A stretch of 64,000 bases of DNA, taken from an uncultured Actinomycetota bacterium (GTDB lineage: Bacteria > Actinomycetota > Actinomycetes > JAHEKZ01). Positions 50,903-61,380 of this stretch are shown here, in pieces. Made by a program: the position numbers and the translations under genes. The stretch lies in NCBI GenBank assembly GCA_963829525.1, contig CAWHIJ010000003.1, positions 864,001 through 928,000 of the forward strand, read 5' to 3'. The first letter of the stretch is position 1. Each line of letters begins with the position of its first letter. Below the pieces are notes generated by a model. That model worked only from the letters and a program-made list of their open reading frames with translations. It was not told the origin of the DNA and searched no databases.

Positions 50903-52327
50903 ATGACGTTGCCCAGTGATGTTCAGCCCGCTGCGAGCGAACGCGTTGAGGCGCCGCTCACCCTCACTTTCTCGCCTCCGAGGTCGCTCGGCTGGTGGGA
51001 CCAGGCCGTGCTCTGGTTCAACCTGGGCGTCAGCCTCACCGGTCCGGTCACGGCGCTCTTTGTACTGTCGCCCTTCGGTGACGGCACCACGATGTCGTTG
51101 CTGGCTGCTTTCGTCGCGACCGTGCTCGGCGCGCTGCTGGGCGCAGGGCTGCTGGGGGCAGCGTCGGTGCCTGCCCAACGGACGGGTGCACCAAGCATGG
51201 TGCTGCTCCGCGGCCTCTTCGGTCGTCGTGGCTCGGTGGTCCCGACGGTATTGAACGTCGCGCAGAACGTCGGGTGGGGCACGATCGAGATCATCGTCAT
51301 CGCAGCAGCAGCCTCGGCGCTCTCCGGCGACCAGTGGCGACCGGTCTGGGTGATCCTGGCAGGCGTGGGTGCAACCGCCATGGCAGTTCGGCCGCTGGGT
51401 TCGGTCCGCCTGCTCCGGAAGATCGTCATCTGGCTGGTGCTTGCGGCAACCGTCTACCTCTTCTCGCAGCTGCTCAGTGAGCCGCTCCCTGACCTGACCG
51501 ACGGGGGTTGGACGGGTTTCGGTTACGCGACCGACACGGTGATTGCTGTGTGCGTCTCGTACGCGTTGTTGATCGGCGACTACAGCCGTCACTCGCGCAC
51601 CGCCAGGGCGTCTTTCTATGGTGCATGGGTTGGTTATGGGCTGGCGGCCATCATCTACATCGCGCTCGGCATCGTGGCGTTCTCGACGGTGGTCGACCTT
51701 GAAGGCGATGTGATCGCGGGGCTGCTTGCGGTGCCAGCTGGAGCCCTCGCGCTGCTCATCCTGACCGTGGACGAAGTCGACGAGGCCTTTGCGAACGTCT
51801 ACTCGACGACCATGTCGGTGCACAACCTGGCGCCCAACCTCGACCGCCGGTGGGTCTCGGTGGCAGTGGGCGTGATCGCCACTTCCTTGGCCTTGGTGAT
51901 CGACCTGAGCGGATACCAGTCCTTTCTGTTCCTGATCGGCTCGGTCTTCGTTCCTCTCACGGCTGTGATGATCACGGACTGGTTCGTGGTGTCTCGCGGC
52001 CGTTGGGACTTGTCGGAGTCGTCACCGCTGCGTCCGGCCATGCTCGGGTCCTGGCTCGTTGGTTTCATTGCCTATCAGCTGGTCAACCCGGGGGGAGTCG
52101 CCGGTTGGAACGACCTGTGGATCTGGATGCAGGGCCTGATCGGGTTCACGCCGCCGACGTGGCTGGCCGCGTCATGGTTCTCCCTTGTCGTTGCAGCTCT
52201 GGCGACTGTCCTGTTCGGCACGTTGGAGCGGGTCAGGGGCCGCGAGCGGGTTCAGCCGGATGACTTATTGGGGTCAACACGTGGGCTCGTACGCTCGTCC
52301 AGCTCGTCGAGAAGGTCGCGCAGCTGA
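50903..52327 (+). CDS. NCS1 purine-cytosine permease family transporter, probably for a thiamine precursor (CytX-like)
   Basis: About 12 TM segments, TGAPSMVLLR.LFG and DYSRHSR; preceded by a TPP riboswitch. Confidence 0.85.
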   Translation: MTLPSDVQPAASERVEAPLTLTFSPPRSLGWWDQAVLWFNLGVSLTGPVTALFVLSPFGDGTTMSLLAAFVATVLGALLGAGLLGAASVPAQRTGAPSMVLLRGLFGRRGSVVPTVLNVAQNVGWGTIEIIVIAAAASALSGDQWRPVWVILAGVGATAMAVRPLGSVRLLRKIVIWLVLAATVYLFSQLLSEPLPDLTDGGWTGFGYATDTVIAVCVSYALLIGDYSRHSRTARASFYGAWVGYGLAAIIYIALGIVAFSTVVDLEGDVIAGLLAVPAGALALLILTVDEVDEAFANVYSTTMSVHNLAPNLDRRWVSVAVGVIATSLALVIDLSGYQSFLFLIGSVFVPLTAVMITDWFVVSRGRWDLSESSPLRPAMLGSWLVGFIAYQLVNPGGVAGWNDLWIWMQGLIGFTPPTWLAASWFSLVVAALATVLFGTLERVRGRERVQPDDLLGSTRGLVRSSSSSRRSRS

Positions 52328-52764
52328 TCACGCACGAAGTCGCGGGTGGCGACCTCGTTGACGGCTAGTCGAAGTGAGGAGACCTCGCGGGTGATGAAGT
52401 CGTCGTCGGCGATGATGCGGTCGATGCGGGCTCGGTCCTCCCAGTACTGCACCCGGTCGCGGTCGGCCTGCCGGTTCTGGGACAGCAGGATCAATGGAGC
52501 GGCGTAGGACGCCTGCATCGAGAGCATCAGGGTCAGACCGATGAAGGGCCACTCGTCGAAACGCAGATCCTCAGGCGCGAACAGGTTCCAGAGCATCCAG
52601 GTCGCGATGAATGCCGTCATCCAGAAGATGAACCGCCAGGAGCCGATGAACCGGCTGATTCGCTCGGAGAGCTTCCCGAAGGCCTCCGGGTCGTAGGGGG
52701 AACGCACTCCTCGACGTGGCCCACGCGGCTGATCGAGGCGGCTGCGCTTCATCTCACGTGACAT
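52252..52764 (-). CDS. DUF1003 membrane protein
   Basis: FIGSWRF and PFIGLTLMLSMQASYAAPLILLSQNRQ. Confidence 0.9.
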   Translation of the reverse strand: MSREMKRSRLDQPRGPRRGVRSPYDPEAFGKLSERISRFIGSWRFIFWMTAFIATWMLWNLFAPEDLRFDEWPFIGLTLMLSMQASYAAPLILLSQNRQADRDRVQYWEDRARIDRIIADDDFITREVSSLRLAVNEVATRDFVRDQLRDLLDELDERTSPRVDPNKSSG

Positions 52765-54016
52765 CGGGTGCCCCCGCCGCCGCAGGCTCTTGGTTGCGCC
52801 AGTTGTCGGGCAGCATGTGGTCAATCACGTCGTCGACGGTGACAGCTCCGAGAAGCCGGTCGTTCTCGTCGACCACGGGGATAGCGACCAGGTTGTAGGA
52901 GGCCAGAACGTTGGTGACCTCGTGAAGTGATGCCTCGGGTGCGACGGGCTCGAGCTCAGAGTCGACCGCTTCGGTCACCAGCGCGCTCGGCGTCTCCCGC
53001 AGCAGCCGCTGGAAGTGCACAGAACCCAGGTAACGACCTGTGGGCACCTCGAGCGGCGGCCGGCAGACGTAAACCTGGGCGGCCAGTGCCGGTGGCAGGT
53101 CTGAGTTGCGAATGCGGGCCAGCGCCTCGGCAACCGTCGAGTCGGGGGCCAAGATCACCGGCTCCGGAGTCATCATTCCGCCTGCGGTGTACTCGTCGTA
53201 CTTCAGGAGCATGCGGACGTCCTCGGCTTCCTCCGGCTCCATCAGCTCGAGCAAGCGGGCTCGGGTGCCCTCGGGGATCTCGTTCAGAATATCTGCCGCA
53301 TCATCGGGGTCCATCTCCTCGAGCACGTCGGCGGCCCGCTCGTCGTCCAACCCGGTCAGGATGGCAACAGACTCCTCCTCGACCATCTCTCCCAGGACGT
53401 CAGCGAGGCGTTCGTCACCCAGGGCGTCGACCACATCTCCGCGACGCTTGGCGGTCAGCGCCTGTAGCGCGTGCGCGAGGTCGGCGGGACGCAGCTTCTC
53501 GTAAGACTCCAGGAGCCGCGTCGTCCCCTGGTCCTCGGCCCCGAGGGAGAGCCCGGTGATCTCGTTCCAGTCGACGACGAACTGCTCGCCGCGGCGCCTG
53601 AGCGTCTTGCCCTTCCGCTGGACGTAGACCTTGCTGACCTCCCAGTCGCGGGTGCGGAGCTGCTCCATGCCTACGTCCAGCAGCGTCACCGGCGACTCGT
53701 CCTCGACGACAGTCACGTGGGAGTCGAGCAGCTCGCCGACCACGAGCATCTCGCCAGGGCGCTGCTCGAAGCGTCGCAGGTTGAGCAGACCGCTGACCAC
53801 GACTCCGTCTGCGTCGATCGAGGTGACCCGGGTCATCGGCACGAAGATGCGTCGACGCGGTTGGACCTCGAGGACCAGACCGATGATCCGTGGCGGCCGG
53901 GGGACTGCGCGCAGCGTAGCGACGACGTCCCGGATCTTGCCGAGCTGGTCGCCGCTGGGGTCGAAGACCGATGCCCCCGTAAGTCGGGCGATGAAGACTC
54001 GGGTGGGGGCGCTCAC
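52754..54016 (-). CDS. PRC-barrel / MgtE-N / CBS domain protein
   Basis: PADLA, LEEMDPDDAAD, TAGGMMT and GAVTVDDV; no membrane domain. Confidence 0.88.
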   Translation of the reverse strand: MSAPTRVFIARLTGASVFDPSGDQLGKIRDVVATLRAVPRPPRIIGLVLEVQPRRRIFVPMTRVTSIDADGVVVSGLLNLRRFEQRPGEMLVVGELLDSHVTVVEDESPVTLLDVGMEQLRTRDWEVSKVYVQRKGKTLRRRGEQFVVDWNEITGLSLGAEDQGTTRLLESYEKLRPADLAHALQALTAKRRGDVVDALGDERLADVLGEMVEEESVAILTGLDDERAADVLEEMDPDDAADILNEIPEGTRARLLELMEPEEAEDVRMLLKYDEYTAGGMMTPEPVILAPDSTVAEALARIRNSDLPPALAAQVYVCRPPLEVPTGRYLGSVHFQRLLRETPSALVTEAVDSELEPVAPEASLHEVTNVLASYNLVAIPVVDENDRLLGAVTVDDVIDHMLPDNWRNQEPAAAGAPDVT

Positions 54017-54077
54017 ATGCAGAGGCTACCGGCGGGGCCGCTGCTAACGTCCGATGCACCTAACCCAAGGAGCAGCC

Positions 54078-54974
54078 GTGTCTGATCTGGCGTCCCTGCC
54101 CTACGTGGTTCTCGATGTGTTTACCGAGCGGCCGTTCGCGGGCAATCCGCTGGCCGTGGTGATGGACGCCGAGGGCCTGACCGGCGAGCAGATGCTGCAG
54201 ATCACCCGTGAGTTCAACCTCTCCGAGACTGCCTTTCCCCTTCGCCCGACAGAGGCGGAGCGGACTGCTGGGGCTGACTACGCGCTGCGGATCTTCACTC
54301 CGGGGTCGGAGGTTCCGTTTGCTGGCCATCCGTCGGTCGGAACCGCCTGGTGGCTCGCCCATACGGGTCAGATTCCCCTGGGGCAGGTGGGGCAGCAGTG
54401 CGGAGTCGGTCTGCTGCCCGTCGAGGTGTCCGGGACCGGGGCTACCTTGACCGCTGGTCCGGCGTCGGTCTCAGACCCGTTGGACCCTGGCCAGGCTCTG
54501 GCCGCTATCGGCCTCGGGCCGGCCGACCTCACCGATCCCGAGATGCACATCGCCAGCACCGGTCTGGCCTTCGGTGTGGTCTTCGTGGCGCCAGACGCCT
54601 TATCCCGTTGTCGTCCCAACATGACCGTTCTCCGCGAGGAGTTCTCCTACCCGCGGCCGGCCACGGGTGTCTACGCCGTGGCGTGGGACGCCCCGCGGCG
54701 TCATGCCCGGGTGCGGATGTTTGCCGGTGACATCGGGTCGCCCGAGGACCCAGCGACTGGATCGGCGGCGCTCGCCCTCGGTGCCCTGCTCGTGGCGCGA
54801 GGTGAGCTCGCCGACGGTCGCCATGAGGTCACGATCGACCAGGGTGTCGAGATGGGTCGTCCGTCGAAGTTGACGGTGACGTGCGAAGTGGCATCTGGTG
54901 AGCTGAAGCGATTGCAGGTCGCCGGCAGCGTCGTCAAGATTGCCGAGGGCAGTGTTGCCGTCCCACCCGCCTGA
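54078..54974 (+). CDS. PhzF-family isomerase
   Basis: DVFT...GNPLAVV, NLSETAF, RIFTP.EVPFAGHP, EDPATGSA and QGVEMGRPS. Confidence 0.92.
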   Translation: MSDLASLPYVVLDVFTERPFAGNPLAVVMDAEGLTGEQMLQITREFNLSETAFPLRPTEAERTAGADYALRIFTPGSEVPFAGHPSVGTAWWLAHTGQIPLGQVGQQCGVGLLPVEVSGTGATLTAGPASVSDPLDPGQALAAIGLGPADLTDPEMHIASTGLAFGVVFVAPDALSRCRPNMTVLREEFSYPRPATGVYAVAWDAPRRHARVRMFAGDIGSPEDPATGSAALALGALLVARGELADGRHEVTIDQGVEMGRPSKLTVTCEVASGELKRLQVAGSVVKIAEGSVAVPPA

Positions 54975-55033
54975 CGCCTTGTGCACGCCACGCCCTCGCC
55001 GCTAGCGCCACGCACGTGCGGTCCGGCGATGGC

Positions 55034-55579
55034 TCAGCGGCGACGGCGCCTCTTGGTGGCCTTGCCTGCGTGAAAGGGCTTGCGCGCCGAGGTGGTGGCG
55101 TCAGTGGCGACAGGTTCGGCGCGGTGCGCGCTGTCCGACATGGCCCCCGGCCGCTCAGTGACCTCGGCGGTCGGACGCAGCAGCCACAGAGTGCTCTCCT
55201 TCGCCCACCGCTGGGGTTGCGCCTCACCGTCAGGCGGATTCAGTCGCTTGGGATGCAGAGCGGACGCCGCGCTCTGCCACGCGTCAGAACCGGGCCGCAG
55301 ATGCTCGACGATGGCCTGCACCGCCGCCTCGCGGGCCCGGTTCTCTTTGCTGCGGAGGATCACCTCGACTGTTGCGCCATCGACGAGGCCCGGATCACCC
55401 TGCTCGATCCCCCCGGTGATGACCGCGATCGCGTCGTCGTGCCAGACGTTCCAGAGCGCGCGCGGAGGCCGCCCGGAGACGACGACCCATACGAGGTCGG
55501 ACTTGCCGGCGAGGTCGGCAATCAGCGCAGGAAGGAGCTCGGCGTCCAGCGCCTGTTCTGGCTTGGGCGCAGTGCTCAT
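55034..55579 (-). CDS. Conserved actinobacterial hypothetical protein (split-barrel-like)
   Basis: KSDLVWV, ALWNVWHD, KRLN and APV.T.ATT-like motifs. Confidence 0.65.
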   Translation of the reverse strand: MSTAPKPEQALDAELLPALIADLAGKSDLVWVVVSGRPPRALWNVWHDDAIAVITGGIEQGDPGLVDGATVEVILRSKENRAREAAVQAIVEHLRPGSDAWQSAASALHPKRLNPPDGEAQPQRWAKESTLWLLRPTAEVTERPGAMSDSAHRAEPVATDATTSARKPFHAGKATKRRRRR

Positions 55580-55710
55580 GCCGGTAGCCTGCCACAACCG
55601 CTTGAGGAGTCGGGTGGATGAGGGAACGTGCCAGACCCGGCGCTAGGCTCCGCAGGACCGCGCCGACCGTCCACCTGGCGGCGACCTCACAGCCCGATCG
55701 GAGAAGGTCG

Positions 55711-56706
55711 ATGGCAGAACGCACACTTCGTCCCCGTCGCTCCAACCTGGCCGTCCCGGGCAGCAGCCCGAAGATGTTGGAGAAGGCCAAGGGGCTGCCT
55801 GCCGACCAGGTGTTCCTCGACATCGAGGACGCGGTGGCGCCGCTGGCCAAACCGGAAGCACGCAAGAACATCGTTGCTGCCCTGAACGAAGGCGGCTACG
55901 GCGACAAGGTGCGCACCGTTCGGGTCAACGACCTCACCACCCAGTGGACCTACCGCGACGTCATCGAGGTGGTCGAAGGAGCGGGTGCCAACCTCGACTG
56001 CATCATGCTGCCGAAGGTGCAGACAGCGGAGCAGATCGTCACTCTCGACATCCTGCTGACGCAGATCGAAAAGGCCAACGGCCTGGAAGTCGGTCGCCTT
56101 GGTATCGAGGCGCAGATCGAGAACGCGCTTGGCCTGATCAACGTCGACGCGATCGCGGCTGCCAGCCCGCGCGTCGAGACCATCATCTTTGGACCCGCCG
56201 ACTTCATGGCCAGCATCAACATGCGCACTCTTGTTGTCGGTGAGCAGCCGGCGGGCTACACCGAGGGGGACGCCTACCACTACATCCTGATGCGGATCCT
56301 GATGGCCGCGCGGGCATACGACAAGCAGGCGATCGACGGCCCGTACCTGCAGATCCGCGACGTGGACGGGTACCGCAGGGTTGCCGACCGAGCTGCGGCC
56401 CTCGGCTTCGACGGCAAGTGGGTGCTGCACCCCGGGCAGGTGGACGTCGCCAACGAGGTCTTCTCGCCGAAGCAGGAGGACTTTGACCATGCCGAACTCA
56501 TCCTCGACGCGTACGCCTTCTACACCTCAGAAGCGGGTGGCAAGCGCGGCGCAGTGATGATCGGCAGCGAGATGATCGATGAGGCGTCAAACAAGATGGC
56601 TCTGGTGATCAGCGGCAAAGGGCGCGCCGCCGGCATGCAGCGAACGGTCTGGTTCGACCCCGAAAGCGACGATGCGCGCACGACCATTTCGCCCGAGGGC
56701 ACCTGA
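55711..56706 (+). CDS. CitE/HpcH-family CoA-ester lyase (malyl/methylmalyl-CoA lyase-like)
   Basis: [34 protein letters not shown] and GKWVLHP.Q. Confidence 0.9.
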   Translation: MAERTLRPRRSNLAVPGSSPKMLEKAKGLPADQVFLDIEDAVAPLAKPEARKNIVAALNEGGYGDKVRTVRVNDLTTQWTYRDVIEVVEGAGANLDCIMLPKVQTAEQIVTLDILLTQIEKANGLEVGRLGIEAQIENALGLINVDAIAAASPRVETIIFGPADFMASINMRTLVVGEQPAGYTEGDAYHYILMRILMAARAYDKQAIDGPYLQIRDVDGYRRVADRAAALGFDGKWVLHPGQVDVANEVFSPKQEDFDHAELILDAYAFYTSEAGGKRGAVMIGSEMIDEASNKMALVISGKGRAAGMQRTVWFDPESDDARTTISPEGT

Positions 56707-57476
56707 TGTCCTTCTTTTCCCTGGACGGCAAGGTCGCCCTCGTCACGGGGGCCGGCAGCGCAGATGGCATCGGGTTTGCCTGCGCGCAGGTGATTCACTC
56801 GCTGGGTGCGACGGTTGCGGTTGCGGCGACTTCCGAGCGCATCCACGAGCGAGCGGCCGAACTTGGGGGCGGCTCGCAGGGCTTCGTCGCCGACCTCACT
56901 AACCCGGCTGAGGTCGAGCGCCTCGTTGGTCAGGTTGAGGCTGCCATTGGCCCGATCGATCTGCTCGTCAACAACGCAGGCATGACGAGCGTGACCGACG
57001 AGGAGAGCTGGCTCTCGATCACCGAGATGACGCCGGATCAGTGGCGCAGCGGCATCATGCGCAACCTCGACACCGCGTTCCTGGTGAGCCGTGCCGTCAT
57101 GCCAGGGATGGCGTCGCGTGGCTTTGGTCGCATCGTCAACGTGACGTCCACCTCCGGCACCACCTGTGCAATGCCGAACGAGGCTTCATATGTAGCGGGC
57201 AAGGGTGGGATGCGCGGATTGACCCTCGCCACTGCCGTTGAGACCGCGACGTCGGGTGTCACCTGCAATGCGGTAGCCCCTGGGTGGATTCGGACTCCGT
57301 CGTCGCTTTCGCAAGAGCTGGAATACGGGGAGCGGACGCCGATGCGCCGCATGGGCGAGCCCGTGGAGATCGCCGCGGCGGTGGCGTTCTTCTGCTCGCC
57401 GGCGGCTTCCTATGTGACGGGCCAGACCTTGGTCGTCGACGGGGGTAACTCGATCCGTGAGGCGAACCCGGCCTGA
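56706..57476 (+). CDS. SDR-family oxidoreductase
   Basis: VTGAGS..GIG, LVNNAG, YVAGK and NAVAPG. Confidence 0.92.
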   Translation: MSFFSLDGKVALVTGAGSADGIGFACAQVIHSLGATVAVAATSERIHERAAELGGGSQGFVADLTNPAEVERLVGQVEAAIGPIDLLVNNAGMTSVTDEESWLSITEMTPDQWRSGIMRNLDTAFLVSRAVMPGMASRGFGRIVNVTSTSGTTCAMPNEASYVAGKGGMRGLTLATAVETATSGVTCNAVAPGWIRTPSSLSQELEYGERTPMRRMGEPVEIAAAVAFFCSPAASYVTGQTLVVDGGNSIREANPA

Positions 57477-57574
57477 TCGGTCGATAGGACACGAATGCGT
57501 CGCGGCCATTCCATGTGTGCGGGCTCCTCGCTAGGGTGACGCGCACTGTCACTGCGGATCCAACGGGGGATCAA

Positions 57575-59040
57575 ATGTCGCTATCAGGGCTGTCCGGTCT
57601 GTCACCACGGCGTCGCACGGCGATCGGCGCTCGCCTTCGCCACAGCTGCTGCCGTACTGACGCCGCTTCCGGCCACCGCGGGGGTGGCAGCCACCCCCAG
57701 CATCACCGCTCCCTCCGCCGGCGCCACCGTCGTGTCGTCGCCAATGCTCGTCAGCGCCGACAGCAGCGCCGCGTTCGTGCGGTTCGTCGTGGCGGGGCAG
57801 GTCGAGCAGACGGTGGCGGTCTCGGGTGGTTCGGCGGTGACGGAGGTCCCGGTGCACGGGCTGCTCGGCAGCACGGGGATCGACGCCTACGACTGCGACA
57901 GTCTGGTTTCCTGCGCCACCATCCGGCGAGTCTCACTGTGGATGTCGATCTGGAGGCCCCCGAGATCGCCGCTCCTCGCGTAACGACGTCGTGGGCAACT
58001 CGGTAACGGTCAAGGTGAAGCACCCTCTGGGACGGCGCCCTGCGCTTCTTCGTCGACGGCTCGCCTGCCGGCAAGGTCTTCGGGTCTTCGACCACAGCTC
58101 GCGAAGACGGTCTCCCTCAAGGACCGCAAGGACGGTGACCACGTCCTGTCCGTGCAGCAGTGCAACTCAGACGGTTCCATCTGTGACGGTGGCACCGACT
58201 CCGTGAGGGTCATCAAGGACACCAAGGCGCCCACCTGGTCAGATGTCAGCACATCGAATGGCACGGTGTATCCGGTCAAGGACAACTACAAAGACAGCAC
58301 GCAACTGTCGGCACGGGTTAGCGAGAACGTGTCCGACGCCAAGGTCGAGATCCGCAAGGCAGGAGGGCCGATAGTTCGGACCCTTCAGCTCGGCCGAATC
58401 GATGCAGGGCGGGTCAGGGCTACGTGGAACGGTCGAAAGAGCAACGGCGACATCGCGCCCAAAGGGAAGTACACCTTCCGCTTCATCGGCACTGACAAAG
58501 GGGGACTGGTCGGCAAGAGTAATGACAAGGTCGTCAATGTCTCGGACAAAGAGCTCGTCAAGAAGGACGTGACCAAGACGGTGAGTGCCCTAGGTAGCGG
58601 GCTCGGTGACTACTCAGGTGGTTGCTCGCGTGTCGTGGTGATGCGAAGTCTGGACGGCTACGCGCGCGACTGGAAGAACGGGCTGCAGTGGCAGTCGAAC
58701 TTCAGAAGAAGTTGCACCGGTGTTGCGGGGGTAGCGATGTCCGCGCACGTCGCCAAGACTGAGCAAGCCATCAGGTACGGCAGTTTTCAGATCTCCACCT
58801 ACGGAGGGGGCGTCACTGAAGAACGGTGGTCCGGCAAAGATCTTGTACGCGAAGAAGAACGAGACGATCGGCGCTCAGCAGGCGCTCGGGACAGGGCTGG
58901 GGTGGCACAAAGGTGACCGTGAGTCACTGGCCAAGTATCTCTTCGGTTCAAAGCTCCTCTGGTATGTGGGCACGACGAACGGCAACTGGTACGACGTCAA
59001 GGAGTTCAAGATCTCTTACTCGGTCTCCGTGCTGAGGTAG
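57575..59040 (+). CDS. Secreted Ig-like / FlgD-Ig-like domain protein; several indels
   Basis: Signal peptide and ITAPSAGATV Ig-like start, DTKAP, and TWNGRKSNGDIAPKGKYTF; pieces lie in several frames. Confidence 0.6.
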
Positions 59041-59043
59041 CCC

Positions 59044-60305
59044 TCACCCCACGTCGCGAGCGGTGAGCTCGTCGTAGGTCTCTCGGCGAACGACGAGCCT
59101 CGCCGAGCCGTCACGCACGAAGACCACGGGCGGTCGCAGTGCCCCGTTGTAGTTGCTCAACAGTGTGTACGTGTACGCGCCAGTGACGGGCACTGCGACG
59201 ATGTCACCCACCTGCGGGTCGGCAAGCGGCAGGTCGGAGGCGAACAGGTCACCCGACTCGCATTGCCGCCCTACGAGCTCGACGGGTGCCCCTCCGCCGT
59301 TGGCCGGTCGGCGAGCACAGCGTCAAACCGGGTGCCGACGTACGTGGACGCCTCCAGGTTGTCGGCGATCCCCCCGTCGACCGCGACGAAGGCCGGGGCG
59401 CCGCGCTTGACGGTGACCACGCGATAGAGGGTCACCGCCGACTGGGCCACCAGCGAGCGCCCCGGCTCAATCCAGAGCTCAGCGGCATCAGGAAGGTGCT
59501 CGGAGGCCGCCTCCGTGATGGTGTCGAGGTACTCGTCAACGGTCGGGGCCTTGTCGGTTCGGTGATAGCGGACGCCGAGTCCGCCGCCAACGTCGTAGAC
59601 GTCGAACGTTCCGAGGTCTGCCACCGCTGCTACGGCCTCGGCAAAGGCGTCGACGGTCAGGATCTGTGAGCCGATGTGCAGGTGAATCCCTCGAACCTCG
59701 AACCTCGCACTGCTCCGCATGTGGGAGATCGCTCGCCGTGCCTCGTCGAGCGGCAACCCAAACTTCGAGCCGTGGTGACCGGTCGAGATCGCAGCCATGG
59801 TGGGGGCGTCGACTCCGGGGATCACGCGAAGCAGCACCGACTGACGAGGGCCGTCGACCTGCTCGAGGCGGTTGATGTCATCCCACCCATCGATGACTAC
59901 TGTCCCGACTCCGTTCGCAACGGCCAGCCCCAGTTCGTGGTCAGTCTTTGCGTTTCCGTGCAGCACCATCTGGCCAGCGGGTACCTGTGCTTTCAGCGCT
60001 GTGATCAGCTCACCGGCCCCAGCCACGTCGATGTGCAGACCCTCCTCAGCCATGACGCGGTAGATCGCGGTGCATGGGAACGACTTGGACGCGAACGCCA
60101 CGCTCGATCCGGGACGCCGCCGCGTCAGGCCATCGGCGAACTCGCGGGCGCGTTGCCGCAATGCGCCTTCGTCGACGATTTGTACCGGCGTTCCGTACTC
60201 ATCAGCAAGCGCCGAGAGCTTGACGCCGCCGACTACGAGCGCACCGTCGGTGTCAACCACGGTCGAAGTCGGAAAGAGCGAGAGCAGTTCGGGCTCAATG
60301 GGCAT
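59044..60305 (-). CDS. lysA: Diaminopimelate decarboxylase-like PLP enzyme; indel near 59290
   Basis: YGTP, FASKSF, HGNAKT, SKFG, HLHIGSQ, DVGGGLG and EPGRSLV, then CESGD, GAY and SNYN in a shifted frame. Confidence 0.85.
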
Positions 60306-61282
60306 CACACGGCTCCCTCTGTTGCGTCGCTTAGGTGCATCTCCTCCGATGAGCCACACCACGAGTTCTTCGGCTCGGTTCACGAGCTCGAGGTGTCCGC
60401 CGGACATCGTGACGACGAGTGCACCCGGCACATGGCTGGCGAGCCATCGTCCGTGAGCCGGCGGTACCAGGGTGTCCTCGGTGCCGTACCAGACCATTGC
60501 GGGAACGGAGAGCGTCTGACAGGTCGAAGCCCCAGTCCTTGACGAAGACGAGGTCGTCGTCAAGCCAGCCGTCGACCCCCTGACGGTACGCCTCCTCGAT
60601 CAGGCGCTGCATCCTTACCGCGTAGGCGGGGCGAGCCATGATCTCGCGGTCGCTCTCAGACATCTCGTAAGTCTCACCGAGTGGGTTGGTCGGATCGGCC
60701 ATCACTCGCTCCAGGTCAGCAGCGGCCAATCGCTGCAGCTCGGGGCGAAGGCGCGCCTCGCCCGCACATCGACCAGGTGAACTCGTCGACGTTGCCTTGG
60801 GTCATGCCGGCCAACCACTCGTCTTGCGGCAGGCCGGTGGCACCCAGGGGAGCAACCCCAACGACGCAACCCACCCGGGTCACCCGTTCAGGGAGGAGGG
60901 TCGCGACCGCCAGGCAGTGTGGCCCACCGCCGGAACCACCGGTGACCGCGAAGTGATCGAGGCCGAGCTCATCGGCAATGGCCGCCACGTCGGCCGCGGC
61001 GTCTGCGACAGAGCGGTCGGGACGCCGCGTCGACAGACCATAGCCAGGACGGTCAAAGCCGATTGCGCGGACACCGAGTCGCTCGTAGAGATCAGCCTTG
61101 TCCGGTGGCGGCCCGCCATACCGAGAGCCAGGAGTGCCGTGGATGCTGATGATCGGGAAACCGTCAGGGGGTCCGTACTCGGCGACCCCGAGAACGTGGT
61201 CATCGGGCGTTGACACCGTCGTCTGACGGGCGTTGGGGTCGGGTACGGACGCGCCTCCGCTCACCCATGGTTCTTTGGTCAT
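60305..61282 (-). CDS. Alpha/beta hydrolase; indels, 3' end approximate
   Basis: HGTPGSR, DRPGYGLS, GGSGGGPH, WGFDL, WYGTEDTLVP and GH spread over three frames. Confidence 0.82.
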
Positions 61283-61380
61283 GCCGGGGAGCGTACCGGC
61301 GCGTGGGACATGGTGTGGATACGATCGAATCTCGACGGCAGGCGTCCCAGCCGCCGTACGTGATGCAAAGGAGTCGCGGC

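Noticed and set aside
59271-60563. Hydrolase-LysA fusion ORF
   Set aside because: The hydrolase is already broken by indels, and a TGATG junction at 60303-60307 suggests two separate genes.
16468-61282. mshB, receptor 4, cheA, the response regulator, vanW, lysA and the hydrolase as pseudogenes or programmed frameshifts
   Set aside because: Scattered single indels in otherwise intact genes with no shared slippery motif; most consistent with sequencing error, though this cannot be proven without reads.
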